Source: an uncultured Erysipelotrichaceae bacterium (lineage in GTDB: Bacteria > Bacillota_I > Bacilli_A > RFN20 > CAG-826). Taken from it: a DNA stretch of 64,000 nucleotides. This document shows, one piece after another, positions 32,561-39,347 of this stretch. Below the pieces are notes generated by a model. The model searched no databases, was not told the origin of the DNA, and saw only the letters and a list, made by a program, of their open reading frames with translations. The stretch spans positions 79,879 through 143,878 of the forward strand of contig CADCNT010000002.1 of the NCBI GenBank assembly GCA_902802905.1. The letters run 5' to 3'. The position numbers and the translations under genes were made by a program. The first letter of the stretch is position 1, and every line of letters begins with the position of its first letter.

Positions 32561-33460
32561 ATGAATAGAGTCACATTTTTATCTTCTTTTATATTAAAAG
32601 TGCTTGCTCTTTTGTTCATGACTTTGGATCATATTGGGCAATTTTTGATGATTCAATATGTTAGTAATGCCGACTTGATGACCATGGCTAATATATTTAG
32701 AGTTTTTGGTAGATTAGCCTTACCACTTTTTGCTTTCATGATTGTGGAAGGCGTCTTACACACCAAGAATTTTAAGAAATATTTATTACGTCTTGGAATC
32801 ATGGCAAGCTTAGTAAGTTTGGTATTCATCACTTTTGAATATATCTATCCAATGCCTGAATTTTCTTCTTTATATCGAGCAGGTAATGTATTCCTTGATT
32901 TAACACTTTTAGCAATCGCTATTTACTTTGTTAAACACGAAAACAAAAATCTAAGATGGATTACACTACTTCCAGTTGCATTTTCCGCTCTTTCTTTTGT
33001 AGTAAAAGGTATCGAACATTCACAAAACATAGACATCCACTGGTTACCATATTTTTTAACCATGCAATATGATTGGCTCACAATTATTTTGGGTTTAGGA
33101 TTTTATGCAGCATACTTACTTGCAGACGCATACATCAAACATCTCCAACCAACCACCGGCATGGATAAAGAGATGTGGATTATGAACGGAAACTATCGTT
33201 TTCTTGTAAATTTAATTGCGGTAACTTTGGCCAGCATTATTCATATTTTCTATTATCTATTCGTGTATATGTGGCCTGTTGGAGTCTTTTGGGATGCTAG
33301 CACACAAATATATGCTTTATTTTCTAGTGCATTTATTTTGCTTTATTCTGGAAAAAGAGGATATAATGCAAAATGGTTCCAGTATGGTAGTTATATCTAC
33401 TATCCACTGCACCTTATTGCTTTAGCAATAGTAATGATCGTATTAAATGGAGGATTATAA
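32561..33460 (+). CDS. TraX-family membrane protein
   Basis: 299 aa, polytopic. The N-terminus LKVLALLFMTLDHIG is typical of TraX. Confidence 0.65.
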   Translation: MNRVTFLSSFILKVLALLFMTLDHIGQFLMIQYVSNADLMTMANIFRVFGRLALPLFAFMIVEGVLHTKNFKKYLLRLGIMASLVSLVFITFEYIYPMPEFSSLYRAGNVFLDLTLLAIAIYFVKHENKNLRWITLLPVAFSALSFVVKGIEHSQNIDIHWLPYFLTMQYDWLTIILGLGFYAAYLLADAYIKHLQPTTGMDKEMWIMNGNYRFLVNLIAVTLASIIHIFYYLFVYMWPVGVFWDASTQIYALFSSAFILLYSGKRGYNAKWFQYGSYIYYPLHLIALAIVMIVLNGGL

Positions 33461-33461
33461 A

Positions 33462-33770
33462 ATGATTAAACATGTTGAAACAATGGAAGAGTTACACGAA
33501 GAACTTAAAAAAGGCGACGTCTTATTAGATTTCTTTGCCCCATGGTGTGGACCATGCAGAATGCTTGGACCGGTTTTAGAAGGACTTGACGCTAAAGAAG
33601 ATTTTAATGTGCAAATCGTTAAAGTTGATACCGATGAAGCACCAGACCTCGCAATGGCATTTAATGTAGAAACTATTCCAACACTATTCTTCTTCTCGGA
33701 AGGAAAAGCAGTTAGAAGATTTTCTGGTTTTTTAAGAGAAGACCAAGTCAGAGAATTTTGTAAGAAATAA
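33462..33770 (+). CDS. trxA: Thioredoxin
   Basis: WCGPC active site. GGAGGA RBS before ATG 33462. Confidence 0.9.
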   Translation: MIKHVETMEELHEELKKGDVLLDFFAPWCGPCRMLGPVLEGLDAKEDFNVQIVKVDTDEAPDLAMAFNVETIPTLFFFSEGKAVRRFSGFLREDQVREFCKK

Positions 33771-33792
33771 ATTGATATCTTTTTAGTGAGTG

Positions 33793-35298
33793 TTATATAA
33801 TAACTCTCGCTGAAATGCACCTTGAGTTCGCTTTAGACAAAAATCCATACTTCGATTTAAGTGGTTCTTCATTAGAACCTTTTATTTTATAAATAATCTC
33901 GATTTTATCTTTATAGATAATTATCTTCTCAACGAATAAATCAATCATTCGTTTTAGGACATCTCTATCCTTGGTTTTAAGTGTCTCTCGGAAATACTTG
34001 AATGCATCCTTTAGTAGTTGTTTGTCTACTGGTTTGTTATCTTGTACTTCACAAGTGGCAAGTTCCATCTCGAGTCTAGAGATATCACCACTAATGGAGA
34101 TGTTTCTTTCATAATAGACATCCTTATCCAACTTTCCATCAAGATAGATATCCAATAGTCTATCTTTTTTATTTTTCAGTTTTCGAATCTCTTTTTCAAG
34201 TGATTCTCGTTTTGTCGGTTCTCCGCCACTTTTTTGTTTGTTTAGGTGAATTATCCATTCATCGACCATTTTGTCGGAAAAAAGGTCATTTGTAATTGAA
34301 AGAAAGATAATCTCTTCTAATCGGTCACGATTGATTGTGGATGGTTTCATATCACAAATGCCATGAGTGTGACCAGTACAACGGTATGCAAGGTAAACAC
34401 TATCTTTGTATGTGACTGAATGACCAGTATAGTGAGAACCACATTCACCACACCAAAGAACTCCAGTCAGTAAGAAGTCATTTTCCTTATGTCTCCTAAA
34501 GATTCTTTTCTTGGATTCGAGTTTGGAGTTGGCACTAATCCAGACATCATAAGAAACAATTGGATCACAAACATTATCGACAATAATTGGTTCATCACTC
34601 TTGGATGCATAAGTGTATGTTCCATAGTAGATTGTGTTACGAATAATCTTTTTAAGAGAGATGATTTCTAGGTTGGCACTTCGAGTTCCTTTAACTCCAC
34701 GATTCTTCAAGTCGGTACAAATAGCAGTTAAGGTATCTCCTTGGATGACACGAGAAAAAATCTCTTGGATAATTGGTGATTCATCTTGGTTAATAATAAA
34801 CTTGCCTTCTTCGTTGATGTCATATCCTAAAGGTCGAGTAGAACAAGACAAACCTTTTCTTGCTCGTGCATGTAAACCTTTTTTAGTTTCTCTTGATAAA
34901 TTAGATGAATAATACTCCGCCATACCTTCTAGAACTGATTCAAGGATGATGGTTTCTGGAGTGTCATCAAGTTTTTCCAAGACTGATATTACCTTGACTC
35001 CATTATCTTTAAGTATCTTCTTATAAAAGGCAAAGTCATATCTATTACGAGAGAATCTATCTAACTTATGAATAATGATAAAGTCGAATTGATGTTTTTC
35101 CGAATCTTTAATCATTCGTTGAAAGTTTTTTCTTTCATCAGTGGTTGCACTCTTGGCTTCATCGATGTATTCACCGACAAGTTCAAAATTCTCTTTGTTA
35201 CAAAATTCTTTGATGGCAAAGAGTTGTGCTTCTATCGAATATCCATCTCGTTGGTTTTCGGAAGAGAATCGGCAATAGGCAACTGCTCTCTTAATCAT
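33793..35298 (-). CDS. Large serine recombinase (phage integrase)
   Basis: 501 aa. N-terminal resolvase domain AVAYCRFSSENQRDGYSIEAQ, recombinase domain, zinc ribbon CGECGSHY...RCTGHTHGIC, then a coiled coil. Confidence 0.9.
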   Translation of the reverse strand: MIKRAVAYCRFSSENQRDGYSIEAQLFAIKEFCNKENFELVGEYIDEAKSATTDERKNFQRMIKDSEKHQFDFIIIHKLDRFSRNRYDFAFYKKILKDNGVKVISVLEKLDDTPETIILESVLEGMAEYYSSNLSRETKKGLHARARKGLSCSTRPLGYDINEEGKFIINQDESPIIQEIFSRVIQGDTLTAICTDLKNRGVKGTRSANLEIISLKKIIRNTIYYGTYTYASKSDEPIIVDNVCDPIVSYDVWISANSKLESKKRIFRRHKENDFLLTGVLWCGECGSHYTGHSVTYKDSVYLAYRCTGHTHGICDMKPSTINRDRLEEIIFLSITNDLFSDKMVDEWIIHLNKQKSGGEPTKRESLEKEIRKLKNKKDRLLDIYLDGKLDKDVYYERNISISGDISRLEMELATCEVQDNKPVDKQLLKDAFKYFRETLKTKDRDVLKRMIDLFVEKIIIYKDKIEIIYKIKGSNEEPLKSKYGFLSKANSRCISARVII

Positions 35299-35689
35299 TG
35301 TTTCTCTCCTTGTAAATGTTTGACATAAGAAGTGTTTTAGTCAAACCATCTTTATTCATACAAAGCAAGTTCTCAATTATGTTGAAGAGAAGAAGTTGTT
35401 CTTCATCAAGATAAGATGAATCAGTTTGTTTTTGGAGTTTCAAACGATTCGAATTACATAACAATACTAGAGACTCTTTGAAACCTCCATGAATATCAAT
35501 TAAATCTTCTCCTAATAACTCGGATGGATAACAATGAAGAGTGTTTGCCAAGATAATTGCAACTCTATAAGTCATCTTAACTCTATTCGTTTCTATGTGT
35601 GCAATTAAAGACCGTTCAATGCCACTTATATCAGCAAGTTCATATTGGGATAAATTATGTTCTTTACGGATTCTTTTAAGATTGTTCAT
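35291..35689 (-). CDS. XRE-family HTH repressor, paralogue A
   Basis: 132 aa. N-terminal HTH LSQYELADISGIERSLIAHIE. About 60% identical over the first 75 aa to the adjacent gene. Confidence 0.75.
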   Translation of the reverse strand: MNNLKRIRKEHNLSQYELADISGIERSLIAHIETNRVKMTYRVAIILANTLHCYPSELLGEDLIDIHGGFKESLVLLCNSNRLKLQKQTDSSYLDEEQLLLFNIIENLLCMNKDGLTKTLLMSNIYKERNND

Positions 35690-36084
35690 TGTTTCGTTTC
35701 CTTATCTAAATTATTTATTATTAGAACTACTTTCATTAGATTGTCATCATCAAGATTTAATAATCCGAGTATGGCATTATAAAGCATTTGTTCTCTCTTA
35801 TCGAAATTTCCACTTTGCAATTTTTGAATCATATCAACTGCATTAGAATCACATAATGCTCTTATCGATTCTTCAAATCCACCATGTATGGCAATTAAAT
35901 CTTCTCCAAGAATTTCGTTTGGGTAACAATGAAAAAAGTTTGCCAAGATAATTGCAACTCGATAAGTCATCTTTGCAGTGCCAAGTTCGAGTTGAGCAAT
36001 CAACGAACGAGATATTTTTGTTTTATTAGCTAGTTCTCTCTGGGATAATCCAGAACGAGTTCTAATTTCCTTCAAATTATTCAT
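35686..36084 (-). CDS. XRE-family HTH repressor, paralogue B (CI-like position)
   Basis: MNNLKEIRTRSGLSQRELANKTKISRSLIAQLE. ATG 36084 with an AAAGGAAAA RBS (track start 36156 rejected). ATGA overlap with paralogue A. Confidence 0.75.
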   Translation of the reverse strand: MNNLKEIRTRSGLSQRELANKTKISRSLIAQLELGTAKMTYRVAIILANFFHCYPNEILGEDLIAIHGGFEESIRALCDSNAVDMIQKLQSGNFDKREQMLYNAILGLLNLDDDNLMKVVLIINNLDKETKQ

Positions 36085-36110
36085 AATTTCCGATTTTCCT
36101 TTGCACAAAT

Positions 36111-36176
36111 ATAATAACAACTTGGTTAATTTTTTGCAACAAAGTGGTTGACACATTTTATTATCTTTGGTTTAAT
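36111..36176. promoter_or_regulatory. Divergent back-to-back promoters of the lysis/lysogeny switch
   Basis: Leftward: TTGCAA (36139-36134), 17 nt, TATTAT (36116-36111). Rightward: TTGACA (36148-36153), 17 nt, TTTAAT (36171-36176). Confidence 0.5.
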
Positions 36177-36219
36177 ATAATCGAGTTGTACAAAAATTCA
36201 ACCAAAAGGAGACTCTAGT

Positions 36220-36657
36220 ATGAAGAACTGGAAATGGAAAAAAGACTATGGTGATGGTCAAGAAACTGATGATTCAGTCTTATGGATCGATGGCAAACCG
36301 ACCAATAACTATGTATCTGGGTATGGATATTACACTGCCTATATTGATGGTGTAGAATTCGGATATATCTTTGATACCTTAAAAGAAGCCAAACAAGAAG
36401 TCGAAGAACAACTCGACTTACACGAGTTCGATTTCAAGGTTGGTGACAAAGTCAATGCAACATTCCATATATATGGAAGTCATAAAGTCATAGGTGTTGT
36501 AACCGAAGTTTCCAAGAACGAACATGGGTTAGATGGCACTTGGGTTTCTATCAAAGTTACTGATGGAGATAGAAAAGATAAGTCTATTGACTTAATGTTT
36601 CAATATGGAAATTTGAATATTATGTGTCCAATAAGAGATGTGAAACCTTGTATCTAA
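36220..36657 (+). CDS. Hypothetical early protein (first rightward gene)
   Basis: 145-aa ORF with an AAAGGAG RBS. No family recognised. Confidence 0.55.
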   Translation: MKNWKWKKDYGDGQETDDSVLWIDGKPTNNYVSGYGYYTAYIDGVEFGYIFDTLKEAKQEVEEQLDLHEFDFKVGDKVNATFHIYGSHKVIGVVTEVSKNEHGLDGTWVSIKVTDGDRKDKSIDLMFQYGNLNIMCPIRDVKPCI

Positions 36658-36692
36658 AGATACAAATTCATATCTTTTAGTTATATTCTAGT

Positions 36693-36711
36693 AAATAACT
36701 AGTAGTTATTT
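36693..36711. promoter_or_regulatory. Perfect 19-bp palindrome AAATAACTA-G-TAGTTATTT upstream of the cro-like gene (candidate operator)
   Basis: 9-bp arms that are exact reverse complements, 24 nt upstream of ATG 36735. Confidence 0.4.
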
Positions 36712-36734
36712 GGCAAATGAAGAAAGGAGAGTTT

Positions 36735-36953
36735 ATGGGTAAGAACGAGAAGAAATTGGCAAAGATTGACTCTAACAAAGTTCGTGCCGCCTTACTTGAA
36801 AAACACATGACAAGAGAAGATTTGGCAAAACATCTTGGAATCCACAAAGTCACTTTAGATAGAAAGTTATGTGGTGCAAGAAATTGGCAACTTGATGAAG
36901 TTTTAACAATGGTCAAATTATTCGATAAACCTCTTGAATTTTTTTTGGAGTAA
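36735..36953 (+). CDS. Small HTH DNA-binding protein (Cro/XRE-like)
   Basis: 72 aa. MTREDLAKHLGIHKVTLDRKL helix-turn-helix. GAAAGGAG RBS. Confidence 0.65.
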   Translation: MGKNEKKLAKIDSNKVRAALLEKHMTREDLAKHLGIHKVTLDRKLCGARNWQLDEVLTMVKLFDKPLEFFLE

Positions 36954-37002
36954 GTGGTTAAAATTTCAACCAAGTTATTATTAAAGAAAAGGAGACAATT
37001 CT

Positions 37003-37284
37003 ATGTCGGAAAATCAAATCTTTGAACTCACAAGCAGAGAGTTCGAAACAATGGTTCGTGAATATCAACTGAAGTTTGTTAGTCACGATAAAAAATGGGG
37101 TGGTTGTTTCATTTACTGCAATGAGTACAACACTCGTAAAGTTCTTGGTATTTCAGTCAAGGTCACTCAATGGATTGCCATCGATGACACTCAAGGAAAC
37201 TTCACTATGAGAGTTTTCAAGAAAAGAAGAGATGCAGTCAATTGGTTGATTAAGAATGCCAATGGCAAAACATGTAGGTACTAA
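37003..37284 (+). CDS. Hypothetical phage protein
   Basis: 93-aa ORF with an AAAGGAGA RBS. Confidence 0.55.
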   Translation: MSENQIFELTSREFETMVREYQLKFVSHDKKWGGCFIYCNEYNTRKVLGISVKVTQWIAIDDTQGNFTMRVFKKRRDAVNWLIKNANGKTCRY

Positions 37285-37348
37285 AAATGACTCCTACAAA
37301 CCTCCAAATTCAATTCGTTAGTCAAATACTCGATGACTATACGAAAAA

Positions 37349-37367
37349 CCTACCACGAACGAAAGGA
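37349..37367 (+). repeat. 19-nt element CCTACCACGAACGAAAGGA, copy 1 (5' UTR of the gene starting at 37378)
   Basis: Identical to 39323-39341. It ends 10 nt before the ATG and contains the likely SD. Confidence 0.8.
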
Positions 37368-37377
37368 ACAACGAAAG

Positions 37378-37917
37378 ATGGGAAAAAAGTTAGAACGAAA
37401 TGCAGTGGGTTTAACCACTCGACAAGCAAGAACTCACGATTTAATAGTCAAGAATAGTGAGTTAGGGAGAAAAACTCCAATTGATGAAATCATCGATAAT
37501 TATCCATACGATGCCGAAACTCGTAGAGATGGATATATCAAAAACACAAGTGCCAGAACACACCATCCTTGTATTCAAGTCTATGAAGATATTGATGCAT
37601 TAAATATGAATCTAGGAATCCATAAAGTGCATCTATGGGATAAAGAATACAACTTCTGGATTTCTCACGATATAGAGGAAGTTAAGGCATTTTGTAAACC
37701 ACTTTATGAGAGACAAGGCAAGAAGAAACTTTGGAAACAAGGAATCCTAATGTTAAAAGCAAGGAGACATGGACAAATGAGATTAAAGTTTGAATCCGAA
37801 TCCGAAGCTAGAGAGTATTGGGAGACATTCATTGATTCCATTAAGGGTGAATTAGTCGATGAACTTATAAAGGAAGGAGAATCGGAAGATGGCAAAGAGA
37901 AGGATGTTCTCAACTGA
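37378..37917 (+). CDS. Hypothetical phage protein
   Basis: ORF track 37333..37917. ATG 37378 is preferred because the shared 19-nt RBS-containing element precedes it. Confidence 0.5.
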   Translation: MGKKLERNAVGLTTRQARTHDLIVKNSELGRKTPIDEIIDNYPYDAETRRDGYIKNTSARTHHPCIQVYEDIDALNMNLGIHKVHLWDKEYNFWISHDIEEVKAFCKPLYERQGKKKLWKQGILMLKARRHGQMRLKFESESEAREYWETFIDSIKGELVDELIKEGESEDGKEKDVLN

Positions 37918-38782
37918 AATAGTTAGAAGTGATGCATTCTTGGACTTACCAGTTAGTAGTAGAGAATTATATTTCCAACTTGGAATGGACACTGATGATA
38001 GAGGATATATTCCAAATGCCAAATCAATCATTCGTGTCATAGGTGCAAACATAGGTGATTTAGAACCACTTATCAATAAAGGATTCTTGATGTTAAGAGG
38101 TGAAACACTGATGTTACAAAAACACTTTAGGATCAATAACACAATTAGGTCGGATAGATTCAAAGAAACTGAATACATCGATGACTTAAAGAAGTTATTT
38201 ATCAAAAGTAACGGTGTCTACACTGATGACTCAACCAAGGGAAAACCTACTCCATTGGTGCTTGGTATACCAAGTGGATACCAAATGGATACCAATGGGT
38301 TACCCCAATTAAATATAAGTAAAGATAATTTAATTAAAGATAATTCAAGTAAAGAAATAGATATAACTAGATATAACGAGATAAAAGCAAATGGATTTGC
38401 CGGAGAGTTGTTCTTGAAATTAGTCGATTCTGGTTATGTCTCGTTATATGAACTCGACACTAACGATTATATAAAGTTCCTTAAAGAACTATTAAGTCAA
38501 TATGAAGTAGTCGATATCAAGATTAAAGTCGAATACTTCTTGAGAGTAACTTGTCACTATCTACCAATCGGTAAAGACAAACAAGACAAACCTATATTCG
38601 GTTATAGGTACAAAGAAGAGAATCAAATTGGTAATAAGTTTCTTTACTTCAAAACCACTATTACTAATGCATTCAATCCTAAAGAGTATCTAACTGAACA
38701 AGAGCAGCTAGAACTCCAAAAGATAATGGATGAACTTGGTCAAGAAGATACTGACACCGATGATGACTCACTTCCATTCTAA
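37889..38782 (+). CDS. Phage replisome organizer / replication initiator
   Basis: The N-terminus MAKRRMFSTEIVRSDAFLDLPVSSRELYFQLGMDTDDRGYI is typical of the replisome-organizer N-terminal domain. Acidic C-terminus. Confidence 0.7.
   Translation: MAKRRMFSTEIVRSDAFLDLPVSSRELYFQLGMDTDDRGYIPNAKSIIRVIGANIGDLEPLINKGFLMLRGETLMLQKHFRINNTIRSDRFKETEYIDDLKKLFIKSNGVYTDDSTKGKPTPLVLGIPSGYQMDTNGLPQLNISKDNLIKDNSSKEIDITRYNEIKANGFAGELFLKLVDSGYVSLYELDTNDYIKFLKELLSQYEVVDIKIKVEYFLRVTCHYLPIGKDKQDKPIFGYRYKEENQIGNKFLYFKTTITNAFNPKEYLTEQEQLELQKIMDELGQEDTDTDDDSLPF
38320..38377. repeat. AT-rich direct-repeat cluster inside the replisome-organizer gene (candidate phage ori)
   Basis: TAAAGATAATT at 38320 and 38335. Perfect tandem TAGATATAAC x2 at 38358-38377. 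Confidence 0.4.
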
Positions 38783-38784
38783 TT

Positions 38785-39318
38785 ATGGGTAGAAGAAGGA
38801 AGAAAAGAAGAACTCTTCGGACAACTGAAGAGATACCAAAGGAAATAGCAACACCTCCACATAGACTCACATTTGAAACTGACTCAAAGCTAATTAAAGT
38901 CACTGCCAACATTAGAGATTGCTTAAGAACTAGAAGTATTAGGTCTTGTCTCAAATGTTGTAGGTGGCACGAGTGTAAGACTAGATTGGAGGGGATTAAG
39001 GTGGATGAGATTATCTTGAAAGTATCTTGGCAAGATTTTAAGAAGATTGAACGAGATGAAATTCGAGAGATTAGATCACTCACCAATCTAGCTACATTTC
39101 CACTACTGATATACCTCTATGTAGAACCTCCTTATTACGAAAGAGATAAGAAAGGTGAAATCAAAGGTGTCATCGAAGTAGTCAAAGATAAAACAACGAA
39201 TCAATGGAAGATAGACATGTTCTGGTATCCATTGATATCAGTGATTCCATACTTCATGAGATATGCCGCCAAGGATTGGACTTGGAGTTGGATATCACGA
39301 GAAAACAACAAAAAATAA
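38785..39318 (+). CDS. Hypothetical phage protein (basic N-terminus, Cys-rich segment)
   Basis: This is the only open frame here. 177 aa. CLRTRSIRSCLKCCRWHEC. Confidence 0.4.
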   Translation: MGRRRKKRRTLRTTEEIPKEIATPPHRLTFETDSKLIKVTANIRDCLRTRSIRSCLKCCRWHECKTRLEGIKVDEIILKVSWQDFKKIERDEIREIRSLTNLATFPLLIYLYVEPPYYERDKKGEIKGVIEVVKDKTTNQWKIDMFWYPLISVIPYFMRYAAKDWTWSWISRENNKK

Positions 39319-39322
39319 AGTT

Positions 39323-39341
39323 CCTACCACGAACGAAAGGA
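39323..39341 (+). repeat. 19-nt element CCTACCACGAACGAAAGGA, copy 2 (5' UTR of the C5-MTase gene)
   Basis: Identical to 37349-37367. It ends 6 nt before ATG 39348. Confidence 0.8.
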
Positions 39342-39347
39342 GAATTT

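Noticed and set aside
33455-33820. 121-aa minus-strand ORF spanning trxA and the prophage junction
   Set aside because: It is antisense to a canonical thioredoxin (WCGPC). An ORF crossing the host/phage boundary is implausible as an ancestral gene.
36939-36946. T8 run at the end of the Cro-like gene, and several A7 runs (for example 43165-43171, 51555-51561, 57394-57400), as possible phase-variation tracts
   Set aside because: A/T homopolymers of 7-8 nt are expected by composition in a genome this AT-rich. They do not coincide with frame breaks. The one exception is the A7 at 57178-57184, which is explained as the chaperone slippery site.
36677-36973. 98-aa minus-strand ORF opposite the Cro-like gene
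   Set aside because: The plus-strand reading has an RBS and a recognisable HTH, and it fits the rightward operon. The minus-strand product has no features.
39204-39347. Upstream extension of the C5-MTase ORF (track start 39204), and the upstream extension of the PAPS-reductase ORF (42013)
   Set aside because: Both extensions overlap better-supported upstream genes. Strong RBS-ATG pairs exist at 39348 and 42253, and the 19-nt UTR element sits just before 39348.
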